Under the pieces are notes generated by a model. It ran no database searches, was not told where the DNA came from, and was given only the letters and a program-made list of their open reading frames with translations. From Spirochaetota bacterium (lineage in GTDB: Bacteria; Spirochaetota; GWB1-36-13; JAKPDD01): a stretch of DNA of 64,000 nt. The stretch is taken from positions 8,366 to 72,365 of the forward strand of contig JAKPDD010000046.1 in the NCBI GenBank assembly GCA_029552945.1, in the 5' to 3' direction. The position numbers and the translations under genes were made by a program. Below, piece by piece: positions 29,960 through 38,406 of the stretch (position 1 is its first letter; every line of letters begins with the position of its first letter).

Positions 29960-30178
29960 CCTAGCATTTTGAATGCTTGAACAAAGATTCATTTTTGATA
30001 ATATTAAATTAAATAAAAAAAAAATATAATGTCAAGTTTAATTTTATAATTTTTAGTAAACGTTTTTTAATTAATAATTTTAGGTATAACACGTTTTATA
30101 ATTTTATAGCATAAGCATTTTAAATTTCTGTTATTTATTATAAAATTTTTAAATGTTAAAATTTTAAACTAAAGAATT

Positions 30179-30769
30179 TTATTTTTTAAACTCATCCTCG
30201 TTTATTAATATTTTTGACTCACTTTTTACCTTGTCTTTTAACTTTTCAAGAAGAATTAATGCTTTTTGTTCTTTTATCTTTGTTTCTATTATCTTTGATG
30301 CTTCTTTTGCTGAAACATCTTTAAAATTATCCTTATACTTATTATAAACCTCTTCTATCTCTTTATCAGATACTTCCCCAATTTTTGGTAATAGTACCTT
30401 TTCAAGGTATGCTTTTAATATTAATTGATCTTTTATATAGTTTGCTATTGCTTGGGAAGTTGAATTAAGCCATTTTTCATCAATAAACTTTGCAGTTGAA
30501 TTCTCTTTTTTTATTCTTTCTAAAACTAGGTTCATTGTTATATATTCTTCAAGGAATTTTAATTGATAGTCTTTATTATTTCTGAATTTACTTATATCTA
30601 TCTGGTTATTGCTCATTATTTTCATAACTTCAAGTTGACTATCAAATATTTTTATAAACTCACTATACATTATTTTTTTTCCATCAACTTCTGCTACCCA
30701 ATTTGTTACTGCGTGTGTTGCAATACCTATCACAATACCTATAATAGTATAAATATATTTTTTATACAT
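30179..30769 (-). CDS. Periplasmic SurA-N-terminal-domain-like chaperone (no PPIase domain).
   Basis: 196 aa with an N-terminal TM/signal anchor. Its composition and length resemble SurA/PpiD N-terminal chaperone domains. Weak call. Confidence 0.35.
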   Translation of the reverse strand: MYKKYIYTIIGIVIGIATHAVTNWVAEVDGKKIMYSEFIKIFDSQLEVMKIMSNNQIDISKFRNNKDYQLKFLEEYITMNLVLERIKKENSTAKFIDEKWLNSTSQAIANYIKDQLILKAYLEKVLLPKIGEVSDKEIEEVYNKYKDNFKDVSAKEASKIIETKIKEQKALILLEKLKDKVKSESKILINEDEFKK

Positions 30770-30881
30770 TTTTAGTCTCCAATTATTTTTTTTATTGTAT
30801 TTGTGTAAATTAAATATAACTAAAAAAATTGATTTTTTTATTTATTTTTAGTTAATATTTTATTATTAAGGGGGTAGCATT

Positions 30882-31901
30882 ATGGGATTTAAAAGAATTG
30901 TATCTCTTTTTTTTATAATATTTTTTATTTCTACATTTATTCCAACATTTCTTGATGCAAGGAGAGGTGGCGGAGGTGGGGGGTTCTCAAGCAGGAGTTC
31001 ATCGAGTTCATCAAGGAGTTCATGGAGTTCATCAAGGAGTTCATGGAGTTCTTCTAGGCATTACTATGGTAGTTCTTCTGATGGTGGGCCTATAGGTATT
31101 ATTATAATGCTTATTCCAATAAGTGTATTTGCTTTTTTTAGTTTTAGGGATTATATAAGGAGATTTAGAGAAAATCCTAAAGAATATTGGCATAGATTAA
31201 AAAAAATACTTTTAAAAATTGTTCTTAATATCTCTATATTGTTTTTATCCTTATTTTTGATTGGAATTTTGGAGGCACTTCAAATTGATAATAAGATAGG
31301 TTCGGCAACACCTTTTATAATTATTGTCCTTATTTTAACTGTTTATCTTATGATTATTATTAACCGTAAAAAACCAAGTAGAAGCCTTGTAAGTTTTCAG
31401 TTTGGTTTTTATCTTGGAAAAGGTGCTCTTGTTGAAGAGATAAAAAATATAATTAAGAAAGCTGATATCAATAAAACAAGTTCTCTTTATAATATGTTTA
31501 GCAATATAGTTGATTTTGTGATAAAAAATAAGGAATCAATTAGATGGTTCAACTATTCTATTGAAAAGTATAGAAAAGATAATGAACTTGAGACTGCTTT
31601 TAATAAAAAAGAGTCAGAGGAAAGAGCAAAATATGATGTAGAAGAGGTGGTTAATATTAAAGGTAAAAAGGTTGAGGCTCCTGAAGATTCTAATAATCTT
31701 GAAGAAATATTTGTCTTAAGTATAATATTGGGAGTATTTGTCAGGATAGATTTTAGTGATAAAGGATTTGAGGATACATTAAGACTTTTGAAATACTGTA
31801 AAGATATTACTATAGATAATTTTGGAGGAGTTAGTGTCTGGTATAATATAATGGATAGAGAGGAACTTATTGAAACATATCCTGATATAAAGAGTGTGTA
31901 G
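30882..31901 (+). CDS. Membrane protein with an extracytoplasmic Gly/Ser/Arg/Trp low-complexity repeat.
   Basis: 339 aa. A signal/TM segment is followed by RRGGGGGGFSSRSSSSSSRSSWSSSRSSWSSSRHYYGSSSDGG, then 2-3 TM helices and a cytoplasmic domain of about 170 aa with no recognisable motifs. Confidence 0.4.
   Translation: MGFKRIVSLFFIIFFISTFIPTFLDARRGGGGGGFSSRSSSSSSRSSWSSSRSSWSSSRHYYGSSSDGGPIGIIIMLIPISVFAFFSFRDYIRRFRENPKEYWHRLKKILLKIVLNISILFLSLFLIGILEALQIDNKIGSATPFIIIVLILTVYLMIIINRKKPSRSLVSFQFGFYLGKGALVEEIKNIIKKADINKTSSLYNMFSNIVDFVIKNKESIRWFNYSIEKYRKDNELETAFNKKESEERAKYDVEEVVNIKGKKVEAPEDSNNLEEIFVLSIILGVFVRIDFSDKGFEDTLRLLKYCKDITIDNFGGVSVWYNIMDREELIETYPDIKSV
30992..31055 (+). repeat. 21-bp tandem repeat (agttcatcaaggagttcatgg, two full units plus partial flanking copies) encoding SSSRSSW repeats.
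   Basis: 31005-31025 is identical to 31026-31046. Partial copies lie immediately 5' and 3'. Confidence 0.7.
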
Positions 31902-32082
31902 GAAAATTATGTCATTAAGATGTAGTATTTTATATACAAGTATTTTGATTAAGTTTTTTAATTAATTTTTAAATTTTTGATTATTAATTATTTATTATGA
32001 ATAAATTTTATTTTATTATGGCACTGTTTTTGACTAATTATATTATTAAATTATCTTATTTCTGTTTTTAAGGAGTATTAAA

Positions 32083-33411
32083 ATGAGGAAAAATATAATT
32101 TTTGTTTTGTCGATAATAGTTCTTTTTTTATTATCCTGTAAGTCTTCTAAATCTAGTTCCCCTGTTTCTAGTATTGTAGAAGTTCCGAACGAGGTTTATA
32201 TAACTTCAAATGGTTATCCTCAAGACTTGAATAGTGCAAGGTCAAAGATAATTGGAAAGTGGATGTATGCAAATAATCAGTTTTTTGAGTTTAAAGCAGA
32301 TAAAACCTGGGAGTATTATATAAGTTATGATGGTGGTACAACAAAACTGGTTTATTACAATGGCTATTATGAGGTTTATGAGAATGTTGCAAAAACTGGT
32401 TTTTATTATCTTGCATTAAGTTATAATCAAATTGGTATAAGTAATTTAAATGAATTGTATGGTGACCCAACACCACATCTTTATAATTATGATCCTTATG
32501 GTATTGCTGATGTTCCTAAAAAAAGGTATCAGATAGTAGAGCTTTATGTTGATGATAATGTTTTTGGTATGAATATATATAGAAATACATCTGATAAATA
32601 TGATCTTTTATCAGGCTGGGTACATGCAAACTTTGACTTTTTTAACAATTACTGGACATATTCTACAATATTACTATCTACAACACAAACATATTTTGAA
32701 AATACAATGCTTGCTGAAATAAATTCTGATAAGAGTTTTGTACAGACTTGTTATACTGAAGTTTCAGGCGATTATGTAAATAACTGTACAACTGATCCTA
32801 ATAAAAGTAAGCTTAATAGTATTCTTACAACCTATGTTTCAGGTTATGGAGAGGATGAGCCACCTTCTACTATAACATCTAGTGTTTATAATGAGTATTT
32901 ATCATCAATTGATTCAAGTTTTGTTAATAATTGTTATTACCTTTATTCAGGCTTATATGTTCTTAAATCAAATCTTTCTGAATCTGATAATTCCAGGCTT
33001 GAAAGAATAATGCTTGGAAAACACTGGGATGGTGTATTCTGGGTAAATCTTACAAATAATTATGCTTATAAAGTAAATAGAGAGGGAACTTTAATTTTTA
33101 GAAATGATGGTAATGTAGAATATACACAGGTTTCTCCATATTTTACACAATCAACTTTACCGTCTGCTTTAGTTAGCCCTGTATTGAATGTTTTGCCTGC
33201 TACTTTGCCACCTACTCTTGATATTCAGACTGTTAACGGTACTTATTCTATTGTTACTGAAACACTTACTAACTCAAATGGGGATAATCTTGGAAAAAGA
33301 GTCTATCTTTCATGGGTTTCAGCTTCACCAATAATGGGGACTTTAAGGTTTGAAATATTGATAGTAAAAGATAAAAATATACTTATTACTTTCCCATTTT
33401 ACAGACAATGA
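32083..33411 (+). CDS. Hypothetical lipoprotein.
   Basis: 442 aa with a signal peptide and a Ser-rich linker after the Cys (LLSCKSSKSSSPVSS). It is rich in Tyr, Asn and Thr, typical of a secreted beta-rich protein. No recognisable domain. Confidence 0.4.
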   Translation: MRKNIIFVLSIIVLFLLSCKSSKSSSPVSSIVEVPNEVYITSNGYPQDLNSARSKIIGKWMYANNQFFEFKADKTWEYYISYDGGTTKLVYYNGYYEVYENVAKTGFYYLALSYNQIGISNLNELYGDPTPHLYNYDPYGIADVPKKRYQIVELYVDDNVFGMNIYRNTSDKYDLLSGWVHANFDFFNNYWTYSTILLSTTQTYFENTMLAEINSDKSFVQTCYTEVSGDYVNNCTTDPNKSKLNSILTTYVSGYGEDEPPSTITSSVYNEYLSSIDSSFVNNCYYLYSGLYVLKSNLSESDNSRLERIMLGKHWDGVFWVNLTNNYAYKVNREGTLIFRNDGNVEYTQVSPYFTQSTLPSALVSPVLNVLPATLPPTLDIQTVNGTYSIVTETLTNSNGDNLGKRVYLSWVSASPIMGTLRFEILIVKDKNILITFPFYRQ

Positions 33412-33513
33412 GGGGCGATCACTTTTTATAATTATTAATTTTTTGATAAAAAATTTTTTACTAGCACAATTTTAAAGTAAAATTTTATTATTAAAATTTA
33501 AATCTTTTAAAAA

Positions 33514-34653
33514 TTAGTCTCCTCCACCACAACTACTGCAAGAACTACAACTACTGCATGAGCTACAACTGCTACACGAGCTACAGCTGCTACACGAAGA
33601 ACAACTACTGCATGAAGAACATGTGCTTTTATTATTATCATCTTCATAATAATTGTCATCTCCTGAAGAACTGTAATTCAATGAACTGTCATATACCTCT
33701 TCTATTTTTTCATGATATTCATTATTCTGGTAAAAATTTAAGTCACTGTCTTTTGGAATCTCAAATTCTGCTCCATCGTTGAGTGTGTTGGAATCTTTGG
33801 CATAAAAACCTTTTTCACCTACATCCATAATATAATTACCGTAATCATCAATTAAAGTTATATTATTACAATATATATTGTTATCGTAACACATTGAACC
33901 CCAGATGAAACTGTACAATAAGTATTCATTTAGATAATTTGGAATAGAAATAGAAGATACCCCACCACCATACTTTATTTCACTTACATTTTTTATTTTT
34001 TCTTTTGGTCTTATTATATTTTTTCTTGTATCTATTTTTAGATTTTTTATACCCATAAACTTTTCTATTGTAATCGCTATATTATCTAAAAAGTTATGAA
34101 ATACTTTTTTCTTATATTCAACATACTGTTCATATTTTTCTTGGTTTTCAAATATTTTTTTCATTTTGTTTTTAATCTCTTCCCTTGTTTTACCATTAAA
34201 ATCCTTGAATATTGCATAAATATTAATTTTTATAGGATATTCTCTTATTTTATGTTCTCTATTTACTTTTATTTCCATAATATATTTTAATTCATTGTCT
34301 TCATGTTCGAGTGTCATAAGAATATATTTGAAAACTTCAGATTGTATACGGTCTATTTTTATTTCAAACTCTTCAATTGACTTATTAAGATCATTTGCAA
34401 TATTTTTATTATCAAAATAAACATTATTATTATCTAATTCAATTTTTATAACATTTGTAATGTTTAATGACCTTAGAGCCATCGACAATTGTTGGAGTAT
34501 AGATAATGCTGTAAATGTTTCATGCTCCTCTTTTTTTGATAAGCTTCCTAATACTAAAATATTAAGGATTTTACCAAAAACTTTTCTTGGGGGTACTCTT
34601 TTTATTGATTTTGCTTCTTTTGTATTTATAAATATTTTACCTTCCAGTATCAT
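33514..34653 (-). CDS. Cytoplasmic protein with a C-terminal (Cys-Ser-Ser)x10-Cys-GGGD tail. Candidate substrate of the adjacent radical SAM/SPASM enzyme.
   Basis: 379 aa with no signal peptide. About 340 aa of Lys/Glu/Asn-rich N-terminal domain are followed by an acidic stretch (SSGDDNYYEDDNNKST) and then CSSCSSCSSCSSCSSCSSCSSCSSCSSCSSCGGGD-stop. The gene lies 38 nt downstream of the rSAM gene on the same strand. Confidence 0.55.
   Translation of the reverse strand: MILEGKIFINTKEAKSIKRVPPRKVFGKILNILVLGSLSKKEEHETFTALSILQQLSMALRSLNITNVIKIELDNNNVYFDNKNIANDLNKSIEEFEIKIDRIQSEVFKYILMTLEHEDNELKYIMEIKVNREHKIREYPIKINIYAIFKDFNGKTREEIKNKMKKIFENQEKYEQYVEYKKKVFHNFLDNIAITIEKFMGIKNLKIDTRKNIIRPKEKIKNVSEIKYGGGVSSISIPNYLNEYLLYSFIWGSMCYDNNIYCNNITLIDDYGNYIMDVGEKGFYAKDSNTLNDGAEFEIPKDSDLNFYQNNEYHEKIEEVYDSSLNYSSSGDDNYYEDDNNKSTCSSCSSCSSCSSCSSCSSCSSCSSCSSCSSCGGGD
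33529..33621 (-). repeat. Degenerate 9/18-bp coding tandem repeat encoding (CSS)10C.
   Basis: 31 codons with strict TGY-AGY/TCN-AGY/TCN periodicity. The units differ at synonymous positions (e.g. acaactactgcaagaact, acaactactgcatgagct, acaactgctacacgagct). Confidence 0.8.
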
Positions 34654-34691
34654 TTTGGCCTCCTTTTTTATTTTAATAAAATAATATTTTT

Positions 34692-35759
34692 TTAAATAAA
34701 TCTATATTTTTTTAAAAACTTAAATGGTGATACTCCTTTTTTCTCCTGCATTTCAAATGTTTTTTTAACAAGTACACATTCTAATGATTTCCCTTTCATA
34801 TCACCCTCTTTATATCTGTCTACAGGGCAACCACTATTACATATAAATTGATATGGGCATTTATAACATTCTTTTGACTCGTAATAGTTTTTAAATAGAT
34901 TTTTTCTTTTTATAATAATATCACTTATACTTTCATTATACCAGTTTGCAAAGTTTCCATTTTCTGTAAATGTTTTATTGCAGCTATAACAGTAACCATC
35001 ACTGTCAAACTCTAACCAGAAACAGTCATTCCCGTTCTGAAAGCAATAACCTGGTGTGAATATCTGTGTTATATGAAAAAGGTTATATTTGTCAAGAAAG
35101 ATTGCAAACTCTTCCATCATACTATTGTCAAGTGATTCCTTGCCAGATGCAAATTTTATTTTTATTTTTTTTAAATTAGAATAATATTTTTTTTTGTCAA
35201 GTTCCTGGTGAATGTAATAATAAAAATCATTTAAATATTCTATTGTTTTTTTATTTACTACAGTAAGTATAGATATATTGAAGTTGTTATTTAAAGCATC
35301 TTTATAATTTTTATAAACTTTTTCAAAACTGTTATTTCTGTAATAATCATGGACTTGAGGAGGAAAATCAATACTTATACTTATATTAAAGTTTTCTTTA
35401 CTACTTAAAGTCTCAATTTCTTTTAAGTATTTAATATCAGTATTTAAACCATTTGTTTGCATACAGACTTTTTGATTTTTAATTTTGTTTTTTTCCCAGT
35501 GTTTTTTAATTATATTTATAATTTTTCCAAAATAGGCTGGTAAAATAAGAGATGGTTCACTACCATGAAATGTAAAACTATTTATTCTAAAACCTTCTTG
35601 CTCTATTTTTTTTATTAATGTTTCTATATTTTCAATAATTTCTTTGTCATCTTTTTTTCTTGATCTTTTAAATGATTCTGGGAGATAACAATATTTACAG
35701 AAAAGGTTACAGGTTTTGAAAGGTGCATAGTAGATGTTAATATTTTTGCAAATATTCAT
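34692..35759 (-). CDS. Radical SAM enzyme with C-terminal SPASM domain (peptide/protein-modifying radical SAM maturase family).
   Basis: 355 aa. It has an N-terminal CX3CX2C (C17-NLF-C21-KY-C24). The C-terminal auxiliary-cluster cysteines are GYCFQNGNDC...GYCYSC and the canonical SPASM motif CYKCPYQFICNSGC (CX2CX5CX3C). Confidence 0.85.
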   Translation of the reverse strand: MNICKNINIYYAPFKTCNLFCKYCYLPESFKRSRKKDDKEIIENIETLIKKIEQEGFRINSFTFHGSEPSLILPAYFGKIINIIKKHWEKNKIKNQKVCMQTNGLNTDIKYLKEIETLSSKENFNISISIDFPPQVHDYYRNNSFEKVYKNYKDALNNNFNISILTVVNKKTIEYLNDFYYYIHQELDKKKYYSNLKKIKIKFASGKESLDNSMMEEFAIFLDKYNLFHITQIFTPGYCFQNGNDCFWLEFDSDGYCYSCNKTFTENGNFANWYNESISDIIIKRKNLFKNYYESKECYKCPYQFICNSGCPVDRYKEGDMKGKSLECVLVKKTFEMQEKKGVSPFKFLKKYRFI

Positions 35760-35767
35760 TTTTTTAT

Positions 35768-36385
35768 TTATAACCAGAATGTAAAACCTATCATAAGGTT
35801 AATTAAATAACTGTTAAATTCATTATATCCTTCATATAATGGAGAGCCATCTTTATCCTTATTGAAGGAAAACCTTACTCCAGTATACATAATAATATCT
35901 TTAAAAAGTAAAAATCTATCTGATAGAGTAAGAGAGTAAAGCAATTTTTTAAACTTTATATTATAATCAGTTTTTTCATATACAAGGCTACTTGTAAAAG
36001 TATAATCTACACCTAAACTTATAATAAAAAAATTATCATAATGAGTGAGGAATGAAATTCCTACCAGAAAACCTGTGCTATATATTGACCTTTCGCCTTT
36101 ATCTGGGAAATAGTTATCGTAATAAGAATTAAGGCTTTTAGATATACCTGTAAGTTTTCCACTTTCAAAAAATAGTTCAAGGATTAGAGGTTTAAATAAC
36201 ATAGCTGTGTTTATACCAAATGATGCGTATGATTCTGTGTATCTGTTTGAATCTTTAAAAGCTAGTTTACTTTTGTAAGAAAAGTATGGTGTAAACATTA
36301 TTTTATTATCAATTATTGTTTTTGCAGAAATATAATTATGAAATATTAATAATAATGTTACAGTCAATAATAATTTTTTTTTCAA
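35768..36385 (-). CDS. Small outer-membrane beta-barrel protein (8-stranded OmpW/OmpA-like class).
   Basis: 205 aa with a signal peptide (MKKKLLLTVTLLLIFHNYISA), alternating amphipathic beta-strand pattern and a C-terminal ...IGFTFWL ending in an aromatic residue. It is 8 nt upstream of the rSAM gene on the same strand. Confidence 0.45.
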   Translation of the reverse strand: MKKKLLLTVTLLLIFHNYISAKTIIDNKIMFTPYFSYKSKLAFKDSNRYTESYASFGINTAMLFKPLILELFFESGKLTGISKSLNSYYDNYFPDKGERSIYSTGFLVGISFLTHYDNFFIISLGVDYTFTSSLVYEKTDYNIKFKKLLYSLTLSDRFLLFKDIIMYTGVRFSFNKDKDGSPLYEGYNEFNSYLINLMIGFTFWL

Positions 36386-36467
36386 AATAAAAACCTTTAA
36401 ATTCGTTACTTAAAATTTTTATGTTATATTTTATATTTTATAAAAATTAATAGTTAAGGATAATTTA

Positions 36468-37727
36468 ATGAAAAAAATATTTATATTTCTTGTATTGCTT
36501 CTATCTTATTATAGTTATTCCTACGTTTATGATCCTGGTGACTTGATTAATAGTGTTAAAAGATCACAGGTAATAACAGAGATGTTTATTAACAGATTTA
36601 GTGTTATGAGTTTGAGTATTGATTCTACTGCTCCTGAGGCTGTGAATTATAACCTTGTAAGGGGCTATTATTCTAATAATTTTGATTTATTTTTTAGTGG
36701 AGAAAGTGTTTTTGGTTTGCTTGTACCTACTCCTTTTGGTAATCAAGAAGCTACTTTATTTAGAGTTTTTGGTTCTATAATAGTGAAGTTTGATGAGATA
36801 TATGACTTTGGTCTATTTAAATGGGGTTTTGGTATAGGTATTGCAGGTTACAGGTATGGTATGTATAAGAGTATTGACCTTAATAGTAATAGCTTTGTTA
36901 ATAATGGTGGAGTTGATGAGGAGTCATTTAGTGTCAGGGATTATATATACTCTCAAATATTTGATGACCTTATTGTTATAACAAATATTATAAAACCATT
37001 AGGTTATTTTCATTTTGGTATTGTTATGAATAAAGAAATATTCCCTGGTATAGATGGAATAGTAGGTACAAAAGATGATACAGAGATAACATCAAAATCA
37101 AGACTCTTTCTAGATACAAATCTATTTGGTTTTATTCTTTCTTCAATTGGCTATAATTCTGAACTTGATAAAGCTGAATATGTTACTGTTAAAATAGAGA
37201 CTATGAGTATTTTATCTTTATTTATTGATAAGGAAAGATATCTTCTCCCCGATTTATACTTAGGTTATTCATATATTAATCCATCTTTTAAAGATTTTAA
37301 CTTTAATAATACAATTAATACTGGTATTGTTCAGTGTTTTTATAATTTTGGAAACAATATTTATATAAAAAGTTTTATTGAGTTTTTTATTTCTGGAAAA
37401 AATGAATCAGAATCTATTTTCCGTCAAGGATTGATTGAGTTTGGAATAGGTATTTATATGCTTAATAATAATAACAATAATTTTAATACCTATTTTATAT
37501 TTGGACTAAGTAGTTTTTCAAGTTATAGACTCAAGAGCTTTGGTTCCAGTTCAACAGATACTATTGGTTGGTTGGGTGGTATTAAAATTGATTTTGGTTT
37601 TGATGGTAATAATATGGGAGGTAGTTTATTACTTACTATTTCTGAAAATTATTCAGAGAAAATTGCATACCTTGTAGAGTCTTATGACCATCTTATTTTT
37701 GAACTTAAATTACAATTTGGTTTTTAA
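36468..37727 (+). CDS. Hypothetical secreted protein, probably an outer-membrane beta-barrel.
   Basis: 419 aa with a signal peptide. It is Gly/Tyr/Phe-rich, and its C-terminus ...FELKLQFGF ends in Phe. Confidence 0.35.
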   Translation: MKKIFIFLVLLLSYYSYSYVYDPGDLINSVKRSQVITEMFINRFSVMSLSIDSTAPEAVNYNLVRGYYSNNFDLFFSGESVFGLLVPTPFGNQEATLFRVFGSIIVKFDEIYDFGLFKWGFGIGIAGYRYGMYKSIDLNSNSFVNNGGVDEESFSVRDYIYSQIFDDLIVITNIIKPLGYFHFGIVMNKEIFPGIDGIVGTKDDTEITSKSRLFLDTNLFGFILSSIGYNSELDKAEYVTVKIETMSILSLFIDKERYLLPDLYLGYSYINPSFKDFNFNNTINTGIVQCFYNFGNNIYIKSFIEFFISGKNESESIFRQGLIEFGIGIYMLNNNNNNFNTYFIFGLSSFSSYRLKSFGSSSTDTIGWLGGIKIDFGFDGNNMGGSLLLTISENYSEKIAYLVESYDHLIFELKLQFGF

Positions 37728-37738
37728 AGGAGTTTTAT

Positions 37739-38263
37739 ATGAAAAGGATATTATTTATCTTTATTTTACTGTTTTTCTTAATTGGATGTTCAAGAATACT
37801 TGATCTTTTATGGAATCCTAATCAGGCTGAATTTAATATATATTCACAAAGTAATGTTACAGGACAGATTAGAGTTACATTCAATGAATCTTATCATTCT
37901 GATGTGAGATGTTATGACTGTAATTCGAATGACTCCTATTTCTGGGGTTATTATATATATAGAAATAGTTCAGGGCCATATGATGACTTTACACTTATAG
38001 GAATTGACTCAAGAGAAAAATTGACAGTTATTAAAGACACTTACGATTATTATCATTGGGGTTATGTTGAGGTCCATGGTAGTAGTGTAACAGATCCGGA
38101 TCCAAATGGCCCTGGGGTCTTTATTGACACATGTACAAGTGGTGTTACATATTATTATAGAGTTGTTGTTGTATATAGGTCCTGGGATAAAAAAAATAAT
38201 GAATGGGAAAGTGATATAGAGAGTAAGGCAGCAAGCAGCTGGACTGCAAGTTTATGTAAGTAA
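37739..38263 (+). CDS. Hypothetical lipoprotein (beta-sandwich/FN3-like).
   Basis: 174 aa with lipobox FLIGCSR. YYYRVVVVYRSWD looks like a beta-sandwich strand. It has 5 additional Cys residues (CYDCNSND, DTCTSG, SLCK). Confidence 0.4.
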   Translation: MKRILFIFILLFFLIGCSRILDLLWNPNQAEFNIYSQSNVTGQIRVTFNESYHSDVRCYDCNSNDSYFWGYYIYRNSSGPYDDFTLIGIDSREKLTVIKDTYDYYHWGYVEVHGSSVTDPDPNGPGVFIDTCTSGVTYYYRVVVVYRSWDKKNNEWESDIESKAASSWTASLCK

Positions 38264-38406
38264 ATTGATTTATAAAATTTTTTTAGTAAAAAATTTTTAT
38301 CCTGATTAATAAGTCTTATTATAATTATTTTTCATTTTTGTGCCCTTTTTTATCTTAGTTTTTAATTAAATTTTAACCTGATAAAATTTTTATAAAGGAA
38401 AAAACA

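Noticed and set aside
33514-35759. Reading the radical SAM/SPASM protein as an anaerobic sulfatase-maturating enzyme or as a SCIFF/sactipeptide maturase.
   Set aside because: No sulfatase gene and no C/S-x-P-x-R motif is present in neighbouring proteins. The putative substrate is a 379-aa protein, not a 40-50-aa peptide with a GG leader. These remain alternatives to test, but the local context does not support them.
38264-38406. T-box or operator leader upstream of thrS.
   Set aside because: The 143-nt leader is too short for a T-box (typically at least 200 nt with a conserved AGGGUGGNACCGCG T-box sequence). It contains no such motif and no obvious stem-loop mimicking the tRNA-Thr anticodon arm.
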